A stretch of 64,000 nt of DNA from a candidate division FCPU426 bacterium (GTDB lineage: Bacteria; Oederibacteriota; Muellerivitia; Muellerivitales; Muellerivitaceae). This document shows, one piece after another, positions 41,463-52,497 of the stretch. Position 1 is the first letter of the stretch, and each line of letters begins with the position of its first letter. The stretch lies in assembly GCA_963771075.1 (NCBI GenBank), contig CAVYSE010000003.1, positions 128,001-192,000 on the forward strand, in the 5' to 3' direction. The position numbers were made by a program, and so were the translations under genes. The notes beneath the pieces were generated by a model. It had not been told where the DNA came from and did no database searches. It saw nothing but the letters and a program-made list of their open reading frames with translations.

Positions 41463-41973
41463 ACCGTCCCTGCCTCCCACTTTTGCCAAGAGATTTCACA
41501 ACAGCAGGGTTACTTCGCTCCACGGGAATTACCCCGCTTCTTAGCTACTTTTAACCCGTCCTACTCCCTCTTGCCTTCGACCGCTTTCCCGCATCGGGTT
41601 ATACGGCCTACCTTTTTCCAAGTATTTCTACCTGGGGCAAGGAGGGTCTCTCCAGTTGCTTGGTATGTCCTTGTCATCATGCCGTGGCTAGCACCCCGCC
41701 AGTGTGTTCCAGCGCATTGGCCATCTGGCCGCTGTTCCATGTTGCCTTCATCCCACGACGGAGGATTCGGCCACTGGGGCTATTGTTTTCGGGGCCACCT
41801 ATGCCTTCACTTTCGTTACGGCCTGACGACTCGCTCACCATCCCGAAGATGGCTTTGTCGATGGGCTTCAGGCATTAAGTTTCCCGCTTGCCTGCCATCC
41901 TAGCTAATGGGTTTTGGCTATTACCCATGCAAGTCTACCTCTTGCTGAACACACCTGCCTTTTCTGGACGCAT
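40465..41973 (-). mobile_element. Group II intron, family B, 3'-truncated, inserted in the spacer of a dyad site
   Basis: 5' end (A)TGCGTCCAGAAAGG with domain I-like motifs and an RT ORF; no domain V/VI; flanked by the two halves of one 26-bp site. Confidence 0.88.
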
Positions 41974-41990
41974 CCCCGTCGTGGACAAGC

Positions 41991-42534
41991 TTAACCAGAA
42001 CTCGATGAATATTTTTTAAGAATCGTTAATTCTTCAGGTGTAAAAAAATCAGGCCATTTCTTTTTAAATGGCAAAACAAACCCCTTATAGAACCATTTAC
42101 GATCAATTCGGGTTTTTAGCGCATCGGGCAATTCATGTATGGCATCCATATAATCTGTAACTAGACTTAGATTTGTGTTTTTGATTAAAGAAGAAGTCCT
42201 GCTAAATACATGGATGAGTGTGTCATGGTCTAATTTCGTTATGCTTCGAGGCCATGGGTAGTAATAAAGAATTTCCGTTAGTTCTTCCTGGTCTAAAGTT
42301 TGGATTTTTAAAACCCGGCAAAGTATTTTTTCCCCATGTCTCTTGTCCTGCTACACGAGATACTCGGTTATTTCCGTCGGCGAAACCATCATTCGCTTTA
42401 ATCTCTTCCAAAGCTCTCACAATCGCATTTAAATATTTAGTCTCTTCTGGCTTCGCCCTGGCCTGAACAGCCAATCGGTGCAATAGATCCAGAAAACAAA
42501 CAGAAATCATTTTTTGTTCAACTGGAGCACTCAT
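41991..42534 (-). CDS. Low-GC hypothetical module gene, probably one ORF broken by two indels
   Basis: AGGAG RBS; 103-aa ORF, then open overlapping frames continuing to a TAA at 41991, 4 nt from the dyad site. Confidence 0.5.
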
Positions 42535-42613
42535 TAAATAATTCTCCTAAAAGAACCTCTTTATCGTTTTTCCTTGTCCAATCCGGGTCCCCGTCGTGGA
42601 CAAGCTTAACCGC

Positions 42614-42966
42614 TTATTCACGTACCCTCACCCGTCCTTTTTCAATAATCCACAACCGTTTATCTACCTGTTCTTTGGACAACAGATCCAATACGGGGCG
42701 GAAAAGTTCGACCATGGTTGGTTTGTCCTGGCGGTCAGACCGGATCACCATGATTCCAGGATATTTTTCCGGCGGGTAAGCCCGGATATCCGAAAAATCA
42801 AGGTCAGAGGTAATGAAGGCGCGGTTTTCGGCCAAGCAAACGACGGCTAAATTCGTATCAGGATGGCCGGTTAATTCTTGGTCTTTTACCGTAAGGGCGT
42901 CATGACCAGCTTGGATTAAAAGATGTTTGATCTCGAAAGGCAGGTTTTCATCGATTTTGAACTTCA

Positions 42967-42967
<1 letters not shown>
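42614..42967 (-). CDS. DUF5615 PIN-like toxin
   Basis: MKFKIDENLP, GHDA, FITSDLDFSD. Confidence 0.9.
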
Positions 42968-43287
<320 letters not shown>

Positions 43288-43335
43288 TTAAACAACCCCT
43301 AAAGGCTAAAACCGGCTCTAATAGCACTATTACCT

Positions 43336-45312
43336 GCAGAGTAGAGCGCTGGCGCGTATGCCTTAGAGTACGGTGGCGAATCCAACCCTTTCGGATTGGG
43401 CCTCAGTCCGGCTCTCATCACCACGTTTCCAGCGCCCCCTCATCAAACCGTACGTGACCTTTTCGATCATACGGCTTTCCGACAACCTTTCAACCGGCAG
43501 CATTCAAGGCAAAAGCTGGAATCCAGTTCAAACCAAGGCGTTTCACTTCCTCGATCGACCATGTTCGTCCTTCCCAGGCGTACTTATGCCTCCGAAACAA
43601 AGTCAGCCTTTCGAGTACGTAAAATTGAAGCTTGGAAAAGTATGGCTGGCTGTCCCCAATTCGGAAATAGTTGGCCCACCCCCTTAACACCGGGTTCAAA
43701 GCCTTCGCTACATCCTCCATTGGAGATAAGAGCCGCTCTCGGCCCGCCGTCATCTGCTTCACTTTCTCGGCGATTTTCTTCATGGCCTTCCGGCTCGGCC
43801 AGCTCAGGCAACAGGTCTTACCCAATCCTACCACCGGCATACCTACTCGAAAGTGGAACCCAAGGAAGTCAAACCCTTCCTTCCCAGGCCCCATTTCCAC
43901 CAGCCGTGTCTTTTCGGGGTGCAGTTCAAGCCCTAGTCGTCCCATCAATTCCTTGATGACTTCCAGGCTCTTTTCCGCATGGGCTTGGCTTCCGCACAAC
44001 ACCACAAAATCGTCGGCGTAGCGCACCAGCCTACCCAGTTTCCTGTGCCTCTTATTCCAAACCTTGTCCAGCAAGTGAAGGTAAACATTGGATAACAGCG
44101 GTGAGATCACCCCGCCTTGCGGTGTCCCTCGGAGAGTCGGCGTAAGCCTTCCTTCCTCAAACACACCCGCCTTCAGCCACCCTCGGATCAGTTTCAAAAC
44201 CTTCCGGTCACTGATCCTCTGGCGCACCAGCACCATCAGTTTGTCGTGGTCGATGGAATCGAAATACTTCCGAATATCTCCATCCACCACCCATCTGTAC
44301 CCGCCATTGATCCACTTCTTGATCTCCCGGTGGGCCTGCTGGGCTCCGCGTTTTGGCCGAAATCCAAACGAGCCTTCCAGAAAGTCCGCCTCAAAGATGG
44401 GTTCCACCACCTTCCGGCAAGCCGCTTGAACTACCCGATCCCGAATTACCGGGATTCCCAACGGTCTCTTGCTTCCATCAGGCTTGGGTATTTCCACTCG
44501 TCTCACAGGTTTAGGCAGATACTTCCCAGCTTTGAGTTCTTCCTGGATGCCCTTCAGGAATGGAATAATTCCCACCTTCTCTTCGATCCATTCCAGCGTT
44601 TCCCCGTCCACTCCTCCTTGGCCTTTATTAGCCTTCACCTGTTTCCATGCCGCTGTCAGGACATCCCATCGGGTCATCCTGTCATGCAGTACATGAAATC
44701 TCCGGCTTGGGCTCCTCTTGGCCGCTCGGTATAGCGCCCTTTGAAGGGTTCGCGCCTTGTCTTCGGAGTTGTTGGCCCTTTGGGGCATGCTCCAGCGCCT
44801 CCCTTTTGAAGGTTGCTTGGTTGAAGCAGGGGTCCTTCCCTCCAGGTGGTTTTGTTGTCCACCCTTCACAGGTATTGTGACCCCCTCCGACTTCCTCCCG
44901 CCCTTGCCCCTTTTCGGTTTTAGCCTTATAGCGGCAAGTCTTTTGGCGGGTAGGATCTCCCAGGTTGCTTGCAAAGCCTTTCCAGCATTCCGTTCCCCAT
45001 ACGCCGGAGGACTTTCCCCGCTTGCTCCAGATTCTTCAGCGGGATCGTGGCCTTCGCCGGTAGACACGCGGCTCGGCATCCTCTTGCACCTTTCGGTGTC
45101 CCATTCACGACGCGGCAGGATTCACTTGATGTTGCGGACTGCTAGATTGTTCCCTCACTGAATGAGGTTTATGACCCCGTTTCGGGCAGAACCTCTCGGT
45201 CCTACGCCGGGGGCTGACTTCCAGGCTCTCTGGCGATTACCTGGTCAGGATTTGGGCTGGCCCTCTTCGGCCTACTCCCTCACCTGCTGGCTCTACAAAC
45301 CTTCGCTGGCAC
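43336..45312 (-). mobile_element. Group II intron, family A, copy 2
   Basis: Matches 23065-25041; only one substitution seen (45015 T vs 24744 G). Confidence 0.93.
43490..44788 (-). CDS. ltrA: Group II intron reverse transcriptase/maturase
   Basis: Identical protein to 23219-24517. Confidence 0.95.
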   Translation of the reverse strand: MPQRANNSEDKARTLQRALYRAAKRSPSRRFHVLHDRMTRWDVLTAAWKQVKANKGQGGVDGETLEWIEEKVGIIPFLKGIQEELKAGKYLPKPVRRVEIPKPDGSKRPLGIPVIRDRVVQAACRKVVEPIFEADFLEGSFGFRPKRGAQQAHREIKKWINGGYRWVVDGDIRKYFDSIDHDKLMVLVRQRISDRKVLKLIRGWLKAGVFEEGRLTPTLRGTPQGGVISPLLSNVYLHLLDKVWNKRHRKLGRLVRYADDFVVLCGSQAHAEKSLEVIKELMGRLGLELHPEKTRLVEMGPGKEGFDFLGFHFRVGMPVVGLGKTCCLSWPSRKAMKKIAEKVKQMTAGRERLLSPMEDVAKALNPVLRGWANYFRIGDSQPYFSKLQFYVLERLTLFRRHKYAWEGRTWSIEEVKRLGLNWIPAFALNAAG

Positions 45313-45386
45313 GATGTCCACGAAGGGTCCCCGTTGTGGACGGCAAATTCACTTCAAAATAGTAATAGTGGCCTGACACCTTTTTC

Positions 45387-45842
45387 TTAGTCTAAAATCT
45401 TTCGCATTTGCCTGCAATCTTCCGCAATCCCGGTAAGCTCATCCGCATCCCAGTCATAAAATTCCCAGCCCAATTTTTTGTAGAATCCCAAAGCCTCAGG
45501 CGCGGCATTCACATATAAAGTCTTAATCCCAAAGTCGCGCGCATACTTTTCCACCAAAGAAGATAATTGGCGTCCGTGACCACTCCTTTGGTAATCATCT
45601 GATATGGCAACCAGTCGTACCGCGCCATAGCCATCTCTAAAATCATCTAAGCGGGTAGTACCAACAGGGATGTTATTGAGCAACAATAGAAGCGGGTGAT
45701 GATTCGGCAGATATTCATCCTCATGCATTTCATCGTAGTCTTGTTTTCCACGATTTTCCCACAGCACTTTATGGCGAATGTCGTGATATGCCTGCCAATG
45801 GTTCAAAGCGGTAACTTTTATGAGTTCATAGTTTTTTTGCAT
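45387..45842 (-). CDS. GNAT N-acetyltransferase
   Basis: VRLVAI..YQRSGHG, NAAPEALGFYKKLGW. Confidence 0.88.
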   Translation of the reverse strand: MQKNYELIKVTALNHWQAYHDIRHKVLWENRGKQDYDEMHEDEYLPNHHPLLLLLNNIPVGTTRLDDFRDGYGAVRLVAISDDYQRSGHGRQLSSLVEKYARDFGIKTLYVNAAPEALGFYKKLGWEFYDWDADELTGIAEDCRQMRKILD

Positions 45843-45953
45843 TTTCGAACCTAACAAACCGTAATTCAAAAGTATTTTTAAAAAAGGGACAGACCAACAT
45901 TAACCATTTTTCCCTGTCCAATGCGGCTCCCCATCGTGGACAGGTCCATCCTG

Positions 45954-46376
45954 TTATTGCCCACTCTTGACTACTTTGGTGATCTTAACAGAGTCGATGC
46001 AGACAAATTGCATGACCCCTTTTTGATAGGGCGTACAGGGGCATACCGTGAAGATTCCATAAACCTCAGCGCCCAAATCATCCCTGAAAATCGCATCTAA
46101 ATTTTCTGGAGTGGGAGCTTCACCACGCACACCCAATACCCTCTGGGTTCCAATCATCCAAATCTTCATTGATGTAAGATTGGCGCCAAAACGTGCCCGT
46201 CCCCTAAAAGAAAAGCATTTTCCAACAACCCTGGGGTCGCTATGACAGGGGCCTTTGAATTCCATGTAGGAGTCTACTGTCGGGGTGGCAGTGGCACTAT
46301 CAGCACTGACGGGGTGTTTCAACCCCACGCACAAAAGAAGAAGAGTTATAGAAATAATATTTATTTTTTTCATCAC
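45954..46376 (-). CDS. Secreted Cys-containing hypothetical protein
   Basis: Signal peptide; GKCFSFRGR, YGIFTVCP, QFVCID; fills a site-to-site interval. Confidence 0.75.
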   Translation of the reverse strand: MMKKINIISITLLLLCVGLKHPVSADSATATPTVDSYMEFKGPCHSDPRVVGKCFSFRGRARFGANLTSMKIWMIGTQRVLGVRGEAPTPENLDAIFRDDLGAEVYGIFTVCPCTPYQKGVMQFVCIDSVKITKVVKSGQ

Positions 46377-46430
46377 GTCTCACTTCTCCAATTTTGTCTG
46401 TCCACGATGGGTCCCCATCGTGGACAAGGA

Positions 46431-46787
46431 TTAAGCCCTGCGAACCCGAACCTTTTGATTTGTGGCTACGACATTGCAACCAGCCCAAGTGGAGACATCT
46501 TCACTTTCAAAAATCTCCACAATGCGTTTAAACAGGTCTTCGCGGCTAGGATCAATAAGTCGGATGAGTAGAACGCCATGGTGGGTTCCCGGGGAATGGC
46601 TTCGTATGTCGGAGAAATACAAATCCTGTGATACTAGAAAGCGCTTGGCTTCCTGGGCGGCCTTCCAAACGCTTGGATCGTCCTTGCCCTTCAGGCTCTC
46701 TTGGAGGACGGTATCCACGTCATGGCCGAGCCGGGTAAGGGGTTCACTTAAATCGGCGGGAAGGTTCTCATCCAGCTTTATTTTCAT
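46431..46787 (-). CDS. DUF5615 PIN-like toxin (second, divergent copy)
   Basis: MKIKLDENLP, GHDVDTV, LVSQD..FSD, HHGV. Confidence 0.9.
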   Translation of the reverse strand: MKIKLDENLPADLSEPLTRLGHDVDTVLQESLKGKDDPSVWKAAQEAKRFLVSQDLYFSDIRSHSPGTHHGVLLIRLIDPSREDLFKRIVEIFESEDVSTWAGCNVVATNQKVRVRRA

Positions 46788-46796
46788 GTGGTGGAA

Positions 46797-47033
46797 TTAG
46801 ACGGTTGGGACGGCGGGAACGGGCAGGTCTTCCTCAGCAGAAGATGCGGCATAAGAAATGACGGAGGTTACCGCCTCACGTGTTAACGAGGGAAAAGATT
46901 TAAGCACTTGATCCATGCTGTCACCGGCGGCAAGGCTGGCTAAAACAGTCCTAAGAGTTACCCTCGTGCCTTTAATGACGGGTTGGCCGTTACAGATTTT
47001 TGGGTCTCTAACGATAAAGTCCGTGTGATTCAT
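46797..47033 (-). CDS. DUF433 antitoxin (second, divergent copy)
   Basis: DPKICNGQPVIKGTRV, FPSL. Confidence 0.92.
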   Translation of the reverse strand: MNHTDFIVRDPKICNGQPVIKGTRVTLRTVLASLAAGDSMDQVLKSFPSLTREAVTSVISYAASSAEEDLPVPAVPTV

Positions 47034-47230
47034 AACCCCTCCTCATCAACTGAAGTTATTTTAGGCATGATGCCATGGGGGAACAAGTGGCTGTGTAGTA
47101 AGTGGCCCTTATGCAATATAACCAGCCCAAAAGGAGGTATATTTACAATCAATTTAGGTGTCCACGATGGGTCCCCATCGTGGACTAGCTTCAACGTCAG
47201 GTGTCGGAAATAACTTTCATGGGATCGGGT

Positions 47231-48934
47231 TCAACGGATCACTAGGATCTTCAGGATTTTTGACGACTGGACCGGGCCGGTGACCTGGACCCTCAAGTAA
47301 TAAAGCCCGTTGGCCACGGGTGAGGCCCAAGAGTCTTTCAAATTCCAAGACAAAATCGTATTAGTGCCGGAGACGGATTGGGGATGATCCAGGATTTTGC
47401 GGTAAGCCGTCGTGAAAACGCTCCATTCGATCATGGAATCGGCGGGAAACCACAGGGGAATAAGAACCGGCCCGTTACCGCTGGGGTTGGGATAGGGGTT
47501 GCCGACCATCACGCTCGTAACGACCGGGATTGCCGTGGCGGTGGAAGTGTTAGCTGGCCCCGGCGTGTCCGTGGGTGTACCCAATGGCGTAGCCGTCGAC
47601 GTGTTCGTGGGGCTCGGCGTGGCGGTGGGTGTTCCCGTGGCACTATTGGAAGCCGTTGGCGTCGGACTGTTCGTGGCCGTTTGAGTCGGCGTTTCCGTGG
47701 AGGTAGGAGTACCCGTATCTATGGAAGAAACGGTATAGACCGGAGTGGAAGTCCAGCTGGCGGTGAGGGACGCCGTCCCAGTGGGTGTCATAGAACCTGT
47801 CGGAGTCTGGGAGGTTGTCGCGCTTGGCGTCATCGTACCCGTGGGGGTAAAGGATAAGGTGGAAGTCGATGTGAAGGAGGCGGTGTTGGAAGGCGTGGTG
47901 GGCAGGGTCGCGGCCCAGGTGGGAGTGGGGGTGACCGTGAAGGAAGAAGTTGGCGTTAGGGTGAGGGTCGGGCTGGGTGTCGCGGTGGAGGTAGCGGTCG
48001 GGGTCGAGGTCAGGGTGGGCGAGGGGGTGGGGGTATCCGGTTCGTAGGCCCGCACGTAATCCACCAGCATGGTCTGGGGAAAGGATGTGGTGGCGTCCGG
48101 TTTGCCGGGCCAGTTCCCGCCCACGGCCATGTTCAACAGGAAAAAGAAGGTGTTGTTGAATTCGTAGGTGCCCCCGGCGGAGGCGGCACCGGCGGAAGTC
48201 TGGGTCTCATAAAGCGTATCGTCCACGTAAAACTGCACCTGGTTGGCCTGCCAAAGGATCCCGAAGGTGTGGTAGGCGTTGTGGTAAAGCGCCCCGGCCG
48301 GAAGCGTGTAGATGGCGCTGGGGTTCCAGTTGGGCGCGTGCAGGGAGCCGTGGTTGTTCCCCTGGTCCGCGGGGTTGCCGTTGTAGGTGGCGGGGTTGCC
48401 GATGTTCTCCATGATGTCCATCTCGCCGCAGTTCGGCCAGGCGGTGCCGGAGTTGATGCTGGTGCCCAGCATCCAAAAGGCCGGCCAGATGCCGTCGCCA
48501 TAGGGCATTTGGATTCGCGCCTCCATGTAGCCGTACTGGAAGGTGACGCCCTGGAAACCCGACGCGTTCGACAAGAGGCGCGCGGAAGTGTAACGCCCCA
48601 CCGTGCCGTAGTTGGCGTTGCCGGGAGTGGTATCAATGGCGATGATCGCGAGGGATTTGCCGTCGGTGGCGTTGGGATCGGAGACGATTTGGGCGTTGGC
48701 GGTGCTGTTGGTGTAGTTTTCCAGCTCGTTGTTGCCCCAGCCCGAATCGCCCGTGTTGTAGGTCCAGTTGGAAGAATTGGGGGCGCTTCCCACGGTGCCG
48801 TTGAATTCATCGCTCCAAACCTGGCTGTAACCGGCGGGCGCGGCTGAGCCAAGGCCGGCCATGGCCCAAAAGGCCAGGACCGGTGGAAGCAACAATAACC
48901 TGAGGGAAAATTGATTTTCGGAAGGTTGTTTCAA
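47231..48934 (-). CDS. Glycoside hydrolase family 16 (beta-1,3-glucanase-like) with Thr-Pro linker and C-terminal sorting-like domain
   Basis: WSDEFNG, YTSARL, GIWPAFWMLG, GEMDIME catalytic motif; PYPNP...ANGLYY tail. Confidence 0.93.
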   Translation of the reverse strand: MKQPSENQFSLRLLLLPPVLAFWAMAGLGSAAPAGYSQVWSDEFNGTVGSAPNSSNWTYNTGDSGWGNNELENYTNSTANAQIVSDPNATDGKSLAIIAIDTTPGNANYGTVGRYTSARLLSNASGFQGVTFQYGYMEARIQMPYGDGIWPAFWMLGTSINSGTAWPNCGEMDIMENIGNPATYNGNPADQGNNHGSLHAPNWNPSAIYTLPAGALYHNAYHTFGILWQANQVQFYVDDTLYETQTSAGAASAGGTYEFNNTFFFLLNMAVGGNWPGKPDATTSFPQTMLVDYVRAYEPDTPTPSPTLTSTPTATSTATPSPTLTLTPTSSFTVTPTPTWAATLPTTPSNTASFTSTSTLSFTPTGTMTPSATTSQTPTGSMTPTGTASLTASWTSTPVYTVSSIDTGTPTSTETPTQTATNSPTPTASNSATGTPTATPSPTNTSTATPLGTPTDTPGPANTSTATAIPVVTSVMVGNPYPNPSGNGPVLIPLWFPADSMIEWSVFTTAYRKILDHPQSVSGTNTILSWNLKDSWASPVANGLYYLRVQVTGPVQSSKILKILVIR

Positions 48935-49614
48935 CGCTTACCCCGAGCGGGGTTACCACCCATGAAAATAGGGATCAGTCCACCATGACCCTTTTTAAAG
49001 CCACACCCCTGGAGCCGCTCACAGATCAGTATATTTCTTATCGCTTCCCTTCGCCTTTGAATTCCAGTTCCCAGCCCTTCGAGAGCCTCAGAACAAAGGG
49101 CCCGACCCTTTTATTTAAAAGCTATAACAAAACTCGACTTTGGAAAATCTTGAAAGAAACGCCGTGAAGATCAATTTCCCCCTTGTTCCCCCTCTTTCAG
49201 AGGGGGAGGCATTGTGTGTCCCTACTGAATTTGCCAAAGTTGAGAACAAAACCTAATTTCATCACAGGCCGCCTTTGGCGGCCACAGAGGCACAGAAAAA
49301 AATCTTTCTTCATTCAAGGAATCTTAAACCCATTGTCCGGGTTTACTGTTTCCCCTTTCGCCCAAAAGGCGAAAGAAATCGGGACAATACCGACCCCATT
49401 TAATGTCTCATAGATGGTCGGCATGTGTCTTCGGGTCTCTGTGGCAAATTTGGGTTTTGTTAGAGATTCATAGGAGTGTTGAGCGTTCTTGACCCTTTTG
49501 ATCAATTTGATCCAAATTCGATCCCGATCCCAAAATAATAGGCAGAATTCCCCAAACAATCCCCTATTAACGATTTAAAATAAACCCGTTCACCAACCCA
49601 GCCCGCGGGAAAAC

Positions 49615-52497
49615 ATGACCGATCCAATACCCCTTCACAAAACCCGCCCCTTTTGGGTGGGGATCACCCTCGTCCTCCTCGCCTTTTCGGGGATCTGGAT
49701 CTATACCTTCGTGACCATCAACCGGCACCAGGATTCCTCGATATGGGTGGATCAAACTTACGAAGCCCTCTCGGCGCTCCAGAAAATCCCCGCGGACCTG
49801 CGGTCGATGGAAAGCGGGGAGCGGGGTTTTCTCCTATTACATGACGCCGGTTATCTCTCGTCCTATTCCGCCGGCCAGCGTTCCGTCCAAACCGATCTTC
49901 TCAAGGCGCGCGACCATTCCCCCGACATCCCCGAACTCACGGCGCTCTTTAACCGGCTCAATCCGCTGGTCGGGGAAAAGCTATCCAGTATGAAACAACT
50001 GGTTTCCCTGGGCCGGAAAGGTCGGTATGAGGAGGCCCTCGCCCAGGCCCAAAAAGGCCGGGGAAAGAACATCATGGACCGGCTGGGTATCATCGTCTCG
50101 AATATCCAGTCACTGGAATTCCAGTTCCTCCAAAACCGGAAATCACTGGAATACCAGACCATGGAAAGGGAATTGTGGACCCTGCTCTTCTCGGGGACCA
50201 GCGTGATCCTCCTGCTTTTGGCCGGGAGCGGATTTTTTCTCCGCCAATCGCGCCTTGCCCAAGCCACCGCCCTCAAGCTCCAATCCAGCGAAAAAAGGTT
50301 CAATTCCCTTCTCCAATCCACCACCGACTCCTTCATCACCGCCAACGGTGAAGGGACCATCATGGACGTGAATCCCGCCACCGAAATCCTCTTTGGCTTC
50401 ATGAAAAAGGAACTGGTCGGCCAGCCGATGGAGATCCTCCTGGAAGCGCCTCCCCAGGATGGGAATACCGCCAAGCCTTTTGAGCGATTCCTGTCCTCCG
50501 TGCAAGCTTCCAGCAGCGCGGGCGCCATGGAAATAAGCATGAGGCGCAGGGACCGGACCGTATTTCCGGCCGAGGTTTCCCTGGCCGCCTGGAAAAGCCC
50601 CGAGGAGACCTTCTACACCATCATTTCCAGGGACATCAGCGAGAGGAAATTCTTCACCAAGATGCTCATGAAAAACGAGCACCGCCTATTCCAGTTCCTG
50701 GAGGCCATCCCGGTGGGTATTTTCGTCCTGGACCGGGTCGGGAAACCCTACTACGCGAACCAGGCCGCCAAGGATCTCTTCCCCAAGAGGGTGGACGCGA
50801 GGATACAGCCGGAGCAATTCGCCCAGGCCTACGGGCTTTACCGGGCGGACCAAAAGACTTTTTACCCCTCCCTCCAGCTGCCCCTGATCCGCGCCCTCGA
50901 GGGGGAGAAATCCGCAGTGGACGACCTGGAGCTCCGGGACGGCGAAAGGGAAATTCCCCTGCAAGCCTGGGGCGTGCCGATCCTGGATGAGGCCGGCAAG
51001 GTGAAATATTGCGTGGGGGTATTCCTCGATATCACCCAGCGGCGCCAAAGCATGCGCGCCCTCCAGGAACGGGAGGAATTTTTCCGGACCCTGTTTGACG
51101 AGAGCCCGATCGGCATGACCCTCGCCTTCCCCGATTCCTCCCTGATCAACGTCAACCGGGCCTTCACCCAGCTCACCGGTTATACCTCCGATGAGTTGGT
51201 GGGGCGTTCCTACCGGGAGCTTTCCCATCCCATCGACGCGGCGGCGGAAGCCGATTACGACTTGAAGTTGTTCGAGAGGAGTATCCCGCAATATTCCATC
51301 GAAAAGCGCCTCCTCACGAAAGCGGGGCAGGCCCTGTGGTGCAAAAAATCCTCCTCCGTGATCCTCGACGCCAATGACGAACCCTTGTTCCTCCTGGGCA
51401 TGGTGGAAAACATCAACGACCAGAAGGAAGCCGAGATCGCCCTGAAAAACAGCGAGGAGCAGTTCCGGAAGGTCTTTGAAAAAAGCCCCCTGGGCATGGT
51501 TTTCGCCGACATGAACGGGAACCCCTTGGACGCCAATCAATCCTTCTGCCGGATGCTGGGCTTCACCCGCGAGGAGCTTCTTAAGAAAAACCTGCAGGAC
51601 GTGACCTATCCCGAGGACCGTCCGATCAGCCGGTCCATCCCCCTGCAGGAACCCCATTCCCCCAACCACAGCTTTGAGTTCCGCTCGGTGGCCAAGGACG
51701 GACGGGTGGTTTGGACCAAGGTCGTTCCCCTGGTCATGGAGGATAACGGGAAGGTGAAGGTGCTTAGCATCGTGGAGGATGTCACCGAGCGGAAACAGGT
51801 GGACGAAATGAAGCGCGACCTCCTGGCGGTGGTTTCCCACCAGCTCAAGACCCCGGTGGCGGAGATCAACGGCTACCTGGAAAACCTCCTGGATGGGGTG
51901 GCCGGCCACCTGTCGGAAAAACAGCGCGAGTACCTGACCGACATGCGGGAGATCGGTGTTGAAAACTACCGGCTGATCACGGACCTTCTGAACATGTCCA
52001 AGATCGAGAGGGGCGTGGCCTCGGTCAACCTGCAATCCGCCTCCCTTTGGAGGATATTGGAACTTTCCCTGAGGGATTACGAGGCCTCCATCCAGCGCAA
52101 GGGACTGGACTTGCGCCTGGATAAGGGTCCGGTCGACCTCGAATTATGGGCCGACCAGGACAAGACCTCGGAGGCACTGCGTAACATCATCAACAATGCC
52201 TTGAAATGCACCGACCGCGGCTATATCGCCATTCATGCCCGGGAAGAAGGCGAATTCGGGGTCATCGAGGTGAAAGACACGGGAATCGGCATGAAACCCG
52301 AAGTTTTGAACCGTCTTTTCACCAAGGAAAGGGTCATGGGGACGGAGGCCACCCGTTCGGGCTCCGGCCTAGGCCTTTTTATCGCCCGCAGCTTCCTCCA
52401 GTTGCAAGGCGGGGACATCACCGTGGAATCAAAAGAAGGCCAAGGAAGCCTCTTTAGGATTAAAATACCCAAGTTGAAAAGGAGCGGCCATGCCTAA
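49615..52497 (+). CDS. Membrane sensor histidine kinase (CHASE3-like, 4 PAS, HisKA, HATPase)
   Basis: Two TM segments, MESGERGFLL CHASE3 motif, SHQLKTP, DTGIGM, GSGLGL. Confidence 0.92.
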   Translation: MTDPIPLHKTRPFWVGITLVLLAFSGIWIYTFVTINRHQDSSIWVDQTYEALSALQKIPADLRSMESGERGFLLLHDAGYLSSYSAGQRSVQTDLLKARDHSPDIPELTALFNRLNPLVGEKLSSMKQLVSLGRKGRYEEALAQAQKGRGKNIMDRLGIIVSNIQSLEFQFLQNRKSLEYQTMERELWTLLFSGTSVILLLLAGSGFFLRQSRLAQATALKLQSSEKRFNSLLQSTTDSFITANGEGTIMDVNPATEILFGFMKKELVGQPMEILLEAPPQDGNTAKPFERFLSSVQASSSAGAMEISMRRRDRTVFPAEVSLAAWKSPEETFYTIISRDISERKFFTKMLMKNEHRLFQFLEAIPVGIFVLDRVGKPYYANQAAKDLFPKRVDARIQPEQFAQAYGLYRADQKTFYPSLQLPLIRALEGEKSAVDDLELRDGEREIPLQAWGVPILDEAGKVKYCVGVFLDITQRRQSMRALQEREEFFRTLFDESPIGMTLAFPDSSLINVNRAFTQLTGYTSDELVGRSYRELSHPIDAAAEADYDLKLFERSIPQYSIEKRLLTKAGQALWCKKSSSVILDANDEPLFLLGMVENINDQKEAEIALKNSEEQFRKVFEKSPLGMVFADMNGNPLDANQSFCRMLGFTREELLKKNLQDVTYPEDRPISRSIPLQEPHSPNHSFEFRSVAKDGRVVWTKVVPLVMEDNGKVKVLSIVEDVTERKQVDEMKRDLLAVVSHQLKTPVAEINGYLENLLDGVAGHLSEKQREYLTDMREIGVENYRLITDLLNMSKIERGVASVNLQSASLWRILELSLRDYEASIQRKGLDLRLDKGPVDLELWADQDKTSEALRNIINNALKCTDRGYIAIHAREEGEFGVIEVKDTGIGMKPEVLNRLFTKERVMGTEATRSGSGLGLFIARSFLQLQGGDITVESKEGQGSLFRIKIPKLKRSGHA

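Noticed and set aside
40386..41489. Intact domesticated RT
   Set aside because: C-terminal residues come from read-through across the half-site; thumb domain missing; intron 5' RNA still attached
47480..48040. Thr-Pro coding repeats as a DNA repeat element (also 10020-10150)
   Set aside because: Low-complexity protein linker with varied codons
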